Of a stretch of 44,535 nucleotides of DNA, positions 26,313-35,856 are shown piece by piece. The stretch covers positions 1-44,535 of the forward strand of contig JAYVMR010000018.1 in the NCBI GenBank assembly GCA_043758875.1, written 5' to 3'. The translations under genes and the position numbers were made by a program. The notes beneath the pieces were generated by a model, which worked only from the letters and a program-made list of their open reading frames with translations, searched no databases and was not told the origin of the DNA. The DNA is from Candidatus Nomurabacteria bacterium (GTDB taxonomy: Bacteria; Patescibacteriota; Minisyncoccia; Phycocordibacterales; UBA9973). Each line of letters starts with the position of its first letter. Position 1 is the first letter of the stretch.

Positions 26313-26852
26313 ATGATTCTCTCACAACCCTTAGCATTCATAGATGTGGAAACGACCGGCTTCGAAAGCGATACGGCCGAGATTATTGAGCTGGCCGTCG
26401 TCATCGCCAAATTGAAAGACGGGGAACTGGTCGTGACTGACCAGCTCGATCTCAAGATCCGTCCCGAGCATATCGAACGCGCCGACGCGCAAGCCTTGCG
26501 CATCAACGGCTACAACGAAGCTGATTGGCTATTCGCCGTCTCCTTAGAAGACGCCATGAAATCGTTCGCCGATAAAACCGAAGGCGCGATATTTGTGGCG
26601 CATAACCTTGCGTTTGATTACAGCTTCATCAAGCAGGCTTTCAAAACTACTGGCATCGAGAATAAGATGCACTATCAAAAGTTCGACACTATCAGCATTG
26701 CATTTGCCATGCTGCATGAAAACGATGACATGAACAAGTTGTCCCTCAAGGCGCTGACTGAATACTATGGCGTCGAAAACAAAAAAGCTCACTCCGCCTT
26801 CGCCGACAGCTACGCCACGTACGAATTATTCAAGAAGATGTTTAAGCTGTGA
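26313..26852 (+). CDS. DEDDh 3'-5' exonuclease (DnaQ/epsilon-like)
   Basis: Exo I FIDVETTG, Exo II VAHNLAFDYSF and Exo III HSAFADSYA. The ATG at 26313 lies 1 nt after the mltG stop. Confidence 0.85.
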   Translation: MILSQPLAFIDVETTGFESDTAEIIELAVVIAKLKDGELVVTDQLDLKIRPEHIERADAQALRINGYNEADWLFAVSLEDAMKSFADKTEGAIFVAHNLAFDYSFIKQAFKTTGIENKMHYQKFDTISIAFAMLHENDDMNKLSLKALTEYYGVENKKAHSAFADSYATYELFKKMFKL

Positions 26853-27934
26853 GTGAGGATAAAAAGAAAATTTTCGTGGGGATTTCCGGCGGAGTGGACA
26901 GCTCGGTCGCGGCTTTGTTGTTGCAACAGCAAGGCTATGACGTGCAGGGCATATTTGTGAAGACCTGGAGTCCCGATTGGCTGCCGTGCACCTGGGTGGA
27001 TGAGAAGCGTGATGCCATGCGTATTTGCGCGGCATTGGATATTCCTTTTCACTTTTTGGATGCCAGCGAGGAATATAAGCAGGGCGTTGCTGATTACATG
27101 ATCAGCGAATACAAGCTCGGCCGCACGCCCAATCCGGATGTGTTATGCAACAAGATCATAAAGTTTGGTGCCATGTGGCGCTATGCCCAAGCGCATGGCG
27201 CGGATGGCATCGCTACCGGACATTATTGTCGAAAGGTCGAAGACTCTGAGCATCATTCAATGAATGTTTCGATGATGCGAAGGGCAGCAGATCTCGCCAA
27301 AGACCAATCCTATTTTTTATGGATGATAGAAAAAGACCTGTTGCCAAAGATTCATTTTCCCATCGGTCATTTGCATAAAAATGAAGTCAGAAAGATTGCT
27401 GAAAAAGCCGGCTTGTTTACCGCCACCAAGAAAGACAGCCAAGGCATTTGTTTCTTGGGCGAAGTCGATATGAAAGAATTCTTGCGACATTATATTGATC
27501 AGCAGTCGGGTATGGTACTGAATGAAGAGGGAACTATCGTCGGCGAACACGACGGCGTCTGGTTCTACACGCTCGGTGAACGTCATGGTTTTCGTATCAC
27601 CGAAAAGGTGACCGATCGCAGCCCGTACTATATTGTCACTAAAGATATTGAAAAGAATACGCTGACCGTCGCGCGTTCCTTGAACGATGCACAAAGAAAG
27701 AACGATGAGGTGGCCGTGCGATTGCGCGATACCAATTGGTTTGTTGAGCCGGCAGCGGAAAGGGAATACACCGCGCAGATTCGCTATCACGGAGTATTTT
27801 TGCCGGTCATGATAGCGGACAAAAATACCGTCACCCTGACCTGCAGCGAACCTATTCCGCTCGGCCAATCCATAGTTATATATGAAGCAGAAAAAGTACT
27901 AGGAGGTGGGGTTATTGACTTTATACTAAAATAG
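26849..27934 (+). CDS. mnmA: tRNA 2-thiouridine(34) synthase MnmA
   Basis: PP-loop GISGGVDSSV, NPDVLCN and GICFLGE motifs. 361 aa. Confidence 0.9.
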   Translation: MSEDKKKIFVGISGGVDSSVAALLLQQQGYDVQGIFVKTWSPDWLPCTWVDEKRDAMRICAALDIPFHFLDASEEYKQGVADYMISEYKLGRTPNPDVLCNKIIKFGAMWRYAQAHGADGIATGHYCRKVEDSEHHSMNVSMMRRAADLAKDQSYFLWMIEKDLLPKIHFPIGHLHKNEVRKIAEKAGLFTATKKDSQGICFLGEVDMKEFLRHYIDQQSGMVLNEEGTIVGEHDGVWFYTLGERHGFRITEKVTDRSPYYIVTKDIEKNTLTVARSLNDAQRKNDEVAVRLRDTNWFVEPAAEREYTAQIRYHGVFLPVMIADKNTVTLTCSEPIPLGQSIVIYEAEKVLGGGVIDFILK

Positions 27935-27971
27935 TGCTATAATAAATTCAGAAAACTTAAAAAATAAAAAC

Positions 27972-28280
27972 TTGAAAAATATAAAAACCATAGTGATCGC
28001 AATGGCGCTGGGCGTCATGTCACTAACCATCGTTGGGTGCAGAGAACTTGTATGTAGCGTTGCTGCAGGCGCAGCTGCCGGACTGGTCACTGGAGTATTA
28101 GTCCAAGACTATTATTATCAGGGAGTGCCGGTATATTGTGGATATCGCAATGAAAGATATTACAATTCTTATTATCGCGGGTATCAGTACCGCAGAGTGC
28201 AATATTATTATTACACTCAAGGCTACGATCAGGTTCCCATTAATGGCGGACTAAGGTGGTGCAGTAGGCGTCAATGGTAA
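27972..28280 (+). CDS. Putative lipoprotein with extremely Tyr-rich mature region
   Basis: Signal peptide with lipobox LTIVGC. The mature part contains YYYQGVPVYCGYRNERYYNSYYRGYQYRRVQYYYYTQGY. The start codon is TTG in the ORF track. Confidence 0.5.
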   Translation: MKNIKTIVIAMALGVMSLTIVGCRELVCSVAAGAAAGLVTGVLVQDYYYQGVPVYCGYRNERYYNSYYRGYQYRRVQYYYYTQGYDQVPINGGLRWCSRRQW

Positions 28281-28300
28281 TGCTGAAAATGCGGTACGAA

Positions 28301-28337
28301 AGCATATCATTTTTAAAAAAATGATATGCTTTTTTTA
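28301..28337 (+). terminator. Intrinsic terminator (14-bp perfect stem + T7)
   Basis: agcatatcattttt / aaaaatgatatgct followed by ttttttt. Confidence 0.8.
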
Positions 28338-28363
28338 TTTCCCCGTTGCGCTATACTGTCTGC

Positions 28364-28843
28364 ATGATAAACGCAATTTTAGTGAATGACATTTATATCA
28401 AATTATTCATGGCCATGCTCTTGGGCATGATACTCGGTGTCGAACGTTTCGTGGCACACAAGACTGCCGGTATGCGCACCTATACCTTAGTATCACTGGG
28501 AGCGGCCATGTTCGTTATTATTTCTCAATTGGTGACTACTCAATACGGCTTGCCGACCTATGACTTCCACTTGGTGGCGGCTATCGTGTCTGCGGCCGGT
28601 TTCTTGGGGGTCGGTTCCATCATTCGCAGTGATATGAAAGTCATCGGCATCACCACGGCAACCGGGCTCTGGGTCGCGACCGGTATCGGCATGGCCTGCG
28701 GCTTCGGTTTCTATGTCTTGGCGGCTACCGTCACCATGCTGGCACTCTTCGCATTCATCGTCTTGTGGTTCCTGGAAAAACAACTCAGCAAACTCGCTAT
28801 CATGAAGCAAGACATCGCTCCCCATTTGGAAAAGGAAGTGTAA
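28364..28843 (+). CDS. mgtC: MgtC/SapB family membrane protein
   Basis: GMILGVERFVAHKTAGMRTYTLVSLGAAMF is the MgtC signature. I chose the ATG at 28364 because TATACT (28352-28357) lies 6 nt upstream. Confidence 0.85.
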   Translation: MINAILVNDIYIKLFMAMLLGMILGVERFVAHKTAGMRTYTLVSLGAAMFVIISQLVTTQYGLPTYDFHLVAAIVSAAGFLGVGSIIRSDMKVIGITTATGLWVATGIGMACGFGFYVLAATVTMLALFAFIVLWFLEKQLSKLAIMKQDIAPHLEKEV

Positions 28844-28844
28844 T

Positions 28845-30617
28845 ATGAAGGCCTCAAAATATAAAACGGAATGGAACCTGGGCTTGCTCTATAAAAACGA
28901 AAAAGACCCGCAGATAGAAAAAGATATTAAGGTTATTGAGAACGCCTTTGCTTCTTTTGAAAAGAAATATAAAGGCAAGGATTTTACTAGTACTCCCAAA
29001 AAACTGTGCGCTGCGCTAGAAGAGTATGAAAAATTAATAGGAATTGCTGATAGTAAACCTATAATTTATTTAATGTTAGCAAACGATATGGATACAGCTA
29101 ACTCGACCATTACTGCCTTGGAAGCGGTAATAAACCAGCGCCTGCAGAAAGCAAGCAATAAAATTATTTTCTTCGAGCTATTAATTGCTCAAATTTCAAA
29201 AGAGCAACAAACTACGTATTTAAACCATAGTTCTCTAAAGCACTTTTCCTATCATTTGAAGAAAATTTTTGACACCGCAAAATATAACCTTTCTGAAAAA
29301 GAAGAACGGTTACTCGGTTTAGTGTATCAAACTAGTAAAAAAATGTGGGTTGATGCAAACAAAAAATTAGTAAGCGAGCAAGCAGTTTTACATAAAAATA
29401 AAATGATCCCGATCTCTCAGGCCACGGAAATAATTCAGGATTTACCCAAACAAGAAAGAAGAAAATTACGAAAAGATATTAATACTACCTTAAAATCAAT
29501 CAGCCATCTGGCAGAAGCGGAATTGAATGCCATTGTTAATTTTAAAAAAATAACCGATGAAGTCCGAGGGTTAAAATACCCTTTCACTTCAACAGTACTT
29601 CGCTATGAAAATGATGAGAAAGAAGTATTAGATCTGGTGAGTAGTGTTACCAAGGCCTTTCCGCTTAGTCATAGATATTATAAATTGCACGCGAAGCTTT
29701 TAGGCGAACAAAAGATTTTTGTTGCAGATTTATATGCTCCTATTGGGGAAATCAAAAAGAAATTTGATTATGAAACTGCAATTTCTTTGATAAAAAGAGG
29801 TTTTGAAAAATTTGGCCTTGAGTACAATACTATATTTGAAGGATATCTGATGAAAGGCCAGATAGACGCATTTCCGCGGAAAAGAAAGCGTGCGGGCGGG
29901 TACTGTATGTTCCATGCTCAGTTACCAGTCTTTATACTTCTTAATTTTACTAATAACGTAAAATCGGTACAAACACTTGCTCATGAAATGGGGCATGCTA
30001 TTCATTCTGAATTAAGTAGAAAAAATACTCCCCTATATCAAGATTTTACTACTTCTGTAGCAGAGGTCGCCAGTACTTTCTTTGAACAATTTATCGCCGA
30101 GGAACTGGGAGGAAATCTTTCCGAAGAGGATCAGTTTATCTTACTTCATGATCAGGTAGGAAGAGATATTATGGTCATTATGCGCCAAATTGCATGCTTT
30201 AATTTTGAAGTTGATTTACATGAAAGTATTCGCAAAGAAGGAAAAATTTCAAAAGAAGCCATGGCGGCAATGATGAACAAACACATGCAATCCTATATGG
30301 GAAGTGCTGTGGAACTAGGAGAGGAAGAGGGGTATACATTTGTATCCTGGAGCCATATTCGATCATTTTTCTATGTGTATAGCTATGCGTATGGATTATT
30401 AATTAGTAAGGTGTTATATCAAAAATGGAAAGAGAATAATTCTTACAAAACAAAAATTGAGCAATTTCTCAGTGCCGGCGGCTCCATGAGTCCAAAGGAT
30501 ATTTTCAAATCAATCGGCATTACCACCAACAAGGCATTCTTTGAGGCGGGATTGAAAGGCATCGAAGCGGATATCAACAAACTCGAAAAGCTCGCTAAAA
30601 AGTTCAAGAAAATCTAA
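28845..30617 (+). CDS. pepF: Oligoendopeptidase F (M3B family)
   Basis: HEMGHAIH zinc motif with a downstream E, and M3-like length (590 aa). The gene is visibly more AT-rich than its neighbours. Confidence 0.85.
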   Translation: MKASKYKTEWNLGLLYKNEKDPQIEKDIKVIENAFASFEKKYKGKDFTSTPKKLCAALEEYEKLIGIADSKPIIYLMLANDMDTANSTITALEAVINQRLQKASNKIIFFELLIAQISKEQQTTYLNHSSLKHFSYHLKKIFDTAKYNLSEKEERLLGLVYQTSKKMWVDANKKLVSEQAVLHKNKMIPISQATEIIQDLPKQERRKLRKDINTTLKSISHLAEAELNAIVNFKKITDEVRGLKYPFTSTVLRYENDEKEVLDLVSSVTKAFPLSHRYYKLHAKLLGEQKIFVADLYAPIGEIKKKFDYETAISLIKRGFEKFGLEYNTIFEGYLMKGQIDAFPRKRKRAGGYCMFHAQLPVFILLNFTNNVKSVQTLAHEMGHAIHSELSRKNTPLYQDFTTSVAEVASTFFEQFIAEELGGNLSEEDQFILLHDQVGRDIMVIMRQIACFNFEVDLHESIRKEGKISKEAMAAMMNKHMQSYMGSAVELGEEEGYTFVSWSHIRSFFYVYSYAYGLLISKVLYQKWKENNSYKTKIEQFLSAGGSMSPKDIFKSIGITTNKAFFEAGLKGIEADINKLEKLAKKFKKI

Positions 30618-30640
30618 ATTTGGGAGCTAAGCTCCCAAAT
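30616..30640. repeat. Palindromic terminator-like element aaatttgggagct-aa-gctcccaaat; inverted exact copy at 40192..40218
   Basis: The reverse complement of this 25-mer occurs exactly at the grpE / PaaX-like gene junction. Confidence 0.85.
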
Positions 30641-30648
30641 AAAATTCC

Positions 30649-30671
30649 ATTCGGCGACCTGGTCGCCGAAT
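30649..30671. repeat. Palindrome attcggcgacc-t-ggtcgccgaat (11-bp arms)
   Basis: Read directly from the sequence. It is the second of three consecutive hairpins after pepF. Confidence 0.8.
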
Positions 30672-30708
30672 TAAAGAAAATATAAAGCGTAGAGGTCGAG
30701 TTACTGCA

Positions 30709-30729
30709 CCAGGAGGTCCGACCTCCTGG
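30709..30729. repeat. Palindrome ccaggaggtc-c-gacctcctgg (copy of the element at 20282..20301)
   Basis: Shares 20 nt with the holB-internal copy. The arms carry an SD-like AGGAGGT paired with ACCTCCT. Confidence 0.85.
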
Positions 30730-30760
30730 AAGGGTCTAGCGGGATTTCATATTCGATGAT

Positions 30761-31069
30761 ATGGTTAAAAGAGTTGAACCTTTAAATAAATGGATTATGA
30801 ATATTTCATCAATATCCCCCGAACAGCATCAAAAGAATCTTGAGCGTTTGCGTCAGCTAAACAAAGATTTGCCGCCTGATGATGTTAAAATCCTTCTTCG
30901 ACTGGATCGAGATGTTTCTTATGAAGAAGTAATCAAGGACACCGTAACAATGCTAAATGGATTGGAAACTTACATTAAGAATGGCCATAGCCTGGAGGGA
31001 CTGCCTCAGGAAATTCGGGATACGTTTGGCGAAATTCGTGTTTACAGCACTTCAGACAGGGTTGCCTAA
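30761..31069 (+). CDS. Hypothetical protein (102 aa)
   Basis: ORF only; no motif recognised. Confidence 0.4.
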   Translation: MVKRVEPLNKWIMNISSISPEQHQKNLERLRQLNKDLPPDDVKILLRLDRDVSYEEVIKDTVTMLNGLETYIKNGHSLEGLPQEIRDTFGEIRVYSTSDRVA

Positions 31070-31129
31070 TCTCTACCCGCAACTCTTAAAGCCCCGCTTA
31101 CAACGTGGCTTTTTTTATTACCTATTTTT

Positions 31130-31138
31130 TGCTACAGT
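31130..31138 (+). promoter_or_regulatory. Extended -10 TGCTACAGT, 6 nt upstream of the alaS ATG
   Basis: Read directly from the sequence. Confidence 0.5.
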
Positions 31139-31144
31139 ATCTCC

Positions 31145-32923
31145 ATGACGTCCTCAGAAATCAGACAGCGGTTTATAGACTTTTTCGCCAAAAGGGGACA
31201 CGCATTTTTGCCCAGCGCTTCACTGGTACCCAAGAACGATCCGTCGGTGCTTTTCAATACGGCCGGCATGCAGCCGTTGGTGCCGTACTTGCTCGGTCGT
31301 CCGCATCCCTTGGGTAACCGTTTGGTCAGCGCGCAAAAATGTATCCGTACTGGCGACATCGAAGAAGTCGGCAATCACAAGAACCTGACATTTTTCGAAA
31401 TGTTGGGCAACTGGTCCTTAGGTGACTATTTCAAGGAAGACGCTATCGGATGGAGTTTCGAATTCCTGACTTCAAAGGAAGAAGGTCTGGGCTTGGATCC
31501 GAATCGACTCTATATCACAGTCTTTGAAGGCGATGAAAATGCGCCGCGCGACCTGGAGGCGGTGGAGATCTGGAAGCAATACATTCCCGAAGATCGTATT
31601 TATTTCTTGCCCGCCAAAAATAATTGGTGGAGTGTTGGAGATAATGGGCCATGCGGACCAGACACGGAAATGTTTTATGATGTCACGCCGGAAGGCTTGG
31701 GTACCATGACACACGAGCAATATGTCGCCGCTGATGATATCGGCACGGTAGTGGAGATCTGGAATGACGTGTTCATGCAATATGAAAAGAAGAATGGCCA
31801 AATCATCGGCAAGCTTGAACAAGTAAATGTCGATACAGGAACAGGATTAGAACGGGCGGTGATGGTTGCTCAAGGCAAATCAAACGTTTACGACACCGAT
31901 ATGTTCGCTCCGGTCATGGCCTTCCTGCGTCAGCATGCGGAAAATTATTCGGAAAGAAGCGCGCGCATCGTAGCCGACCATATTCGTGCCGCAACGTTCT
32001 TGATCGCCGATGGAGTACTTCCTTCCAACAAAGACCAAGGCTATATTTTGCGCCGTATCATTCGTCGAGCAGTCTTGAAACTGCGTACCTTGCTGGTGCC
32101 GTTTGCTGCCAATGCCGCGACTCATATCATCAATCACTATGTTGAATTTTATGCTGCTGCGTATCCGGAATTGTTACAGACTGATATCAATGCCATTTTT
32201 GCGCTTGAGGAAAATAAGTTTCAAAAGACACTGCAAAGCGGCTTGCGCGAATTTGACAAGACATTTCCACAGCGAGTTGATCCTTTCATGTTGGCAACCA
32301 CTTACGGCTTTCCCATTGAAGTGACGGAAGAATTGGCGTTGGAAAAAGGTATGACGATCGATCGCGTATTGTTTGATACACAAATGAAAGCCCACCAAGA
32401 TGCTTCTCGGGCCGGAGCGGCCGCAAAGTTCAAAGGTGGCTTGGCGGACACGGGAGAAAAAACGACTAAGCTCCATACCGCGCACCATTTATTGCTTGCA
32501 GCATTACAAAAAATATTGGGATCAGCAGTGCATCAACGGGGCAGCAATATTACCCCCGAACGATTGCGTATTGATTTCTCTTTCGATTGCAAGATGACTG
32601 ATGAAGAAAAAAATGCTGTTGAACAGCAAGTTAACGAATGGATCTCTACTAACCACACTGTCTGTCGTCGCGAAATGCCTCGCGTGGAAGCGGAACTGTT
32701 GGGCGCGGAAATGGAATTCGGCACCAAGTATCCCGATATTGTTTCCGTCTATTATATAAGTCCTTCGACTAGCGCTCAGGACGATACTATGGCTGAGGCC
32801 ATCAGCATCGAATTCTGCGGCGGTCCTCATGTCGAACAAACCTCCGGTCTTGGTACGTTCAAAATCCAAAAAGAAGAAGCCGTCGCTGCCGGCATCCGCC
32901 GCATCAAGGCCACACTTTCGTAA
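31145..32923 (+). CDS. alaS: Alanine--tRNA ligase, short form (catalytic + editing domains, no C-Ala domain)
   Basis: N-terminal IRQRFIDFFAKRGH...FNTAGMQP, editing-site HTAHHLL and CGGPHV near the C-terminus. 592 aa. Confidence 0.9.
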   Translation: MTSSEIRQRFIDFFAKRGHAFLPSASLVPKNDPSVLFNTAGMQPLVPYLLGRPHPLGNRLVSAQKCIRTGDIEEVGNHKNLTFFEMLGNWSLGDYFKEDAIGWSFEFLTSKEEGLGLDPNRLYITVFEGDENAPRDLEAVEIWKQYIPEDRIYFLPAKNNWWSVGDNGPCGPDTEMFYDVTPEGLGTMTHEQYVAADDIGTVVEIWNDVFMQYEKKNGQIIGKLEQVNVDTGTGLERAVMVAQGKSNVYDTDMFAPVMAFLRQHAENYSERSARIVADHIRAATFLIADGVLPSNKDQGYILRRIIRRAVLKLRTLLVPFAANAATHIINHYVEFYAAAYPELLQTDINAIFALEENKFQKTLQSGLREFDKTFPQRVDPFMLATTYGFPIEVTEELALEKGMTIDRVLFDTQMKAHQDASRAGAAAKFKGGLADTGEKTTKLHTAHHLLLAALQKILGSAVHQRGSNITPERLRIDFSFDCKMTDEEKNAVEQQVNEWISTNHTVCRREMPRVEAELLGAEMEFGTKYPDIVSVYYISPSTSAQDDTMAEAISIEFCGGPHVEQTSGLGTFKIQKEEAVAAGIRRIKATLS

Positions 32924-32950
32924 AAAATTTTCGTAAATACTCTCGGTTGC

Positions 32951-32959
32951 TGCTATACT
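32951..32959 (+). promoter_or_regulatory. Extended -10 TGCTATACT, 6 nt upstream of the ATG at 32966
   Basis: Read directly from the sequence. Confidence 0.5.
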
Positions 32960-32965
32960 ATACGC

Positions 32966-34135
32966 ATGTCTTCCAAAGCCACAGCCATTGCTGTCTTTGA
33001 TATTAGCTCGAGCAGTGTCGGCGGCGCGCATGCGCTTATTGAACGTGATCCTCATGATGAAAATAAAACAGCAGTGACATTGTTGGTGCAAGAACGCTGT
33101 GACAGCGGGTTGGAAGAGGAGATCAACATCGAGCGATTCATCGAGGATACCGCCAAGGCATTGGAAGTGGTGATCAGTCATGTTCGCACCGCCGATGTGC
33201 ATCACCCTTCATATATTCAGGTCGTCTTGAGTTCGCCGTGGTACAACGCCTACACGCGCACCATTGCTCACAAAAAAGAAACATCCTTTACTTGCACCCA
33301 ACGACTGGTCGACTCATTGATTGAAAAAGAAGTGGCATCTTTATTGAAAGAGTCCTCAACTGCCGGCGCGGCCTTCGGCAGTTATTTCAAGGTGGCCGAA
33401 CAGCATATTGCCCAGATTACTTTGAATGGCTATCCCACCATCGACCCGTATGGCAAAAAAACCCAATCACTGGAGATCATATTGAATGTTACTCTGATTC
33501 CCGATGTCATTGCCGAGCGTTTTACCGGCATTATCCGTCGCAGTTATGGCAACCGCACCATCCAAGTCACTACCGGTCCCAATGCCGCGTTCGTGGCATT
33601 GCGTGACAATGGCGGCATCGCGCCCGACTGTGTCATCATCGATGCCGGCGAAGAAGTGACCGATATAGCATTTGTAAAAAATGATCTGCTGGTATCGCAC
33701 CATTCTTTCCCGGTCGGTACCTATGAACTGTATCGCAGCCTTAGCGAACACACCAGCGGTACTCATGAAGCCCGCTCACTGGTGGAAGCACATCGATTGA
33801 AAAAGCTCTCGCCGGGCAGCAGTCGCAGCGTTGAAAAAGCTCTCCACGTATTTGCCGGTATTTGGCAAAAAGCCTTCCATCAGGTTCTCGATCAAGGGCA
33901 GAGTGGTTTTCGTTTTCCGGCCCAGTGTTACGTCATAGCCGATCATCGTTTTGAAACAGTCTTCACGACCCTGCTGACCTGCGATCCCTTTCTACTCCAC
34001 AATGCCATAGCCTCTCAGGTACGAGTCACTTTTGTCGACAGTATTCATTTTTCCGCCCATATCAAAGCGGTTACCGCCGATCATACGGACATTTCCTTGG
34101 CCATAGGCGCGCTTTTTATGGAACGATTATTATAA
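32966..34135 (+). CDS. Actin-fold (ASKHA; FtsA/PilM-like) protein with divergent nucleotide-binding loops
   Basis: IAVFDISSSSVGGA is phosphate-1-like. VIIDAGEEVTDIAFVKN...FPVGTYEL is phosphate-2-like and parallels the LIDIGAETVSV of the window's FtsA. Confidence 0.5.
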   Translation: MSSKATAIAVFDISSSSVGGAHALIERDPHDENKTAVTLLVQERCDSGLEEEINIERFIEDTAKALEVVISHVRTADVHHPSYIQVVLSSPWYNAYTRTIAHKKETSFTCTQRLVDSLIEKEVASLLKESSTAGAAFGSYFKVAEQHIAQITLNGYPTIDPYGKKTQSLEIILNVTLIPDVIAERFTGIIRRSYGNRTIQVTTGPNAAFVALRDNGGIAPDCVIIDAGEEVTDIAFVKNDLLVSHHSFPVGTYELYRSLSEHTSGTHEARSLVEAHRLKKLSPGSSRSVEKALHVFAGIWQKAFHQVLDQGQSGFRFPAQCYVIADHRFETVFTTLLTCDPFLLHNAIASQVRVTFVDSIHFSAHIKAVTADHTDISLAIGALFMERLL

Positions 34136-34142
34136 CACTTTC

Positions 34143-35447
34143 ATGACACTGAAACTGTACGATGTTATCCGCAAGGATCATAAGGCAAAAGGAAATACTG
34201 ACTTGGATAAAGAGGCGGTGCTTCCTGCTCCCAAACCATCTGCTCGTCGCAAGGCCATCCTGCAGGCTGAAAAAGAAATAGTGACCGAGGTCAGCCACCT
34301 GCCATCGCGCTGGAAAAAGATTCTGGTCATCGGTCTGGCGTTGCTGTTTATGGGCGGACTCTATCTGGTCGGGGTATTTTTTGTACACGCGACCGTGACG
34401 GTGACCGAACGACGTATACCTTTTTCACTGTTCGATGCGCAACTGGAAGTGGCCAATGAAAAGAATGTCGATCCGGGAAGATTGTCATTTCAAACCATGA
34501 CGGTGACCGATTCGGTGACTCGCGAAGTCTTCGCTTCTGCCATGACGACCAGCACTGCCAAAGCCGCCGGTCAAGCCGTCATTTTCAATCAATACAGCAA
34601 AAGCAGTCAAACCGTGCGCAGCGGCACGACGCTAAGCGGCGCCAATAATGAGAAGTATGTCACCAATGCCGCTGTCACCGTACCCGGGTATACCGGATAC
34701 GGTGCCAATAAAGTTGCCGGCAGCGCCACGGTAGCGATCACTGCCGCCGGACTGGGGCCAGTGTACAACTCTAACGGCACCACTTTCACTATTAGCGGTT
34801 GGAGCGGGTCCAACACCAGACTCTTCTATGCCACTTCGGCCGGAGCCATCACTGGCGGACAAAACGGGGCGGTCCATATTCTTTCTGATAATGACAAGCA
34901 GCAAGCCTTGGCCACCTTGCAAGCGGCATTGGCAGAAAAATTGTCTCGCGAAACTCGCGCCCAGATTCCCAATGATTTGGTGACATTTCCCACACTGCAG
35001 TTCACTTCTATCGATGGTGCTGCTTCCGTCATGCAAGGCAATACGATCCAATACCCGGTGACATTAAAAGGAAGCATGGTATCTTATTTGTTGCCGCGGC
35101 AAGGCCTGCAACAAGCCATTGCCGGCAAAGCCATCAGCGATCAGATATATCCGACCGTCAATATTCCTGATTTCGGAGCGGTGCATGTTGAGCCGGTTTC
35201 TCCATTGCCGGCCGATCCGAACAATATTCCGGACTCTATTACCTTGTCCATTTCCGGGCAGGGAACCATTATCACCAAAGTGCCGCTGGCCACGGTTCGC
35301 CAATCAGTTCTCGGCATCCCGCGTGCTTCATTTATAGGCGCTTTGGCGGGTATTCAAGAGATAGATACTGCCCGATACTCGCTCTCTCCTTTTTGGGCGC
35401 CCTATTTTCCGTATAAACCCGATCGTATAACGGTTCAATTTCAGTAA
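34143..35447 (+). CDS. Hypothetical single-pass membrane protein with large extracytoplasmic domain (434 aa)
   Basis: A basic N-terminus, a TM helix (ILVIGLALLFMGGLYLVGVFFV), then a T/S/G/A-rich beta-like domain. TATAAC lies 6 nt upstream of the ATG. Confidence 0.55.
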   Translation: MTLKLYDVIRKDHKAKGNTDLDKEAVLPAPKPSARRKAILQAEKEIVTEVSHLPSRWKKILVIGLALLFMGGLYLVGVFFVHATVTVTERRIPFSLFDAQLEVANEKNVDPGRLSFQTMTVTDSVTREVFASAMTTSTAKAAGQAVIFNQYSKSSQTVRSGTTLSGANNEKYVTNAAVTVPGYTGYGANKVAGSATVAITAAGLGPVYNSNGTTFTISGWSGSNTRLFYATSAGAITGGQNGAVHILSDNDKQQALATLQAALAEKLSRETRAQIPNDLVTFPTLQFTSIDGAASVMQGNTIQYPVTLKGSMVSYLLPRQGLQQAIAGKAISDQIYPTVNIPDFGAVHVEPVSPLPADPNNIPDSITLSISGQGTIITKVPLATVRQSVLGIPRASFIGALAGIQEIDTARYSLSPFWAPYFPYKPDRITVQFQ

Positions 35448-35491
35448 ATACTTGACCTGATGAGTAAATTTTAGTATAGTGTCTTTTGTCA

Positions 35492-35713
35492 ATGGCAACG
35501 CAAGAAGAACCAGTTAGAGGTACTGTCAAAGAAGCCCTTCCCAATACTATGTTTCGGGTAGAGCTGGAGAAGGGAGGAGATCAGGGCGAAACACTGGTGT
35601 GTTATTTAGCCGGAAAGATGCGCTTGCACCGCATTAAGGTATTAATAGGCGATACCGTCGAGGTTTTACTCGATCCCTACGGTGGAAAAGGACGTATTGT
35701 CAGAAGGATATAA
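35492..35713 (+). CDS. infA: Translation initiation factor IF-1
   Basis: GTVKEALPNTMFRVELE.....LCYLAGKMR.HRIKVLIGD.V.VEL.PYD..KGRI..R is the S1-like IF-1 pattern. Confidence 0.9.
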   Translation: MATQEEPVRGTVKEALPNTMFRVELEKGGDQGETLVCYLAGKMRLHRIKVLIGDTVEVLLDPYGGKGRIVRRI

Positions 35714-35737
35714 GTAGTATATACTACTCCAGCTTTT

Positions 35738-35848
35738 ATGAAGATTAAATCAACGGTCAAAAAAATGTGTGACAAATGCAAGATTGTGAAGCGCAATCGC
35801 CATTTGCTCGTGATCTGCGATAACCCAAAACACAAGCAAAAACAATAA
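35738..35848 (+). CDS. rpmJ: 50S ribosomal protein L36
   Basis: Hand translation gives [36 protein letters not shown] (36 aa) with the CxxC...C...H zinc motif. It is absent from the ORF track because it is shorter than 60 aa. Confidence 0.9.
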   Translation: MKIKSTVKKMCDKCKIVKRNRHLLVICDNPKHKQKQ

Positions 35849-35856
35849 AAAAATAT

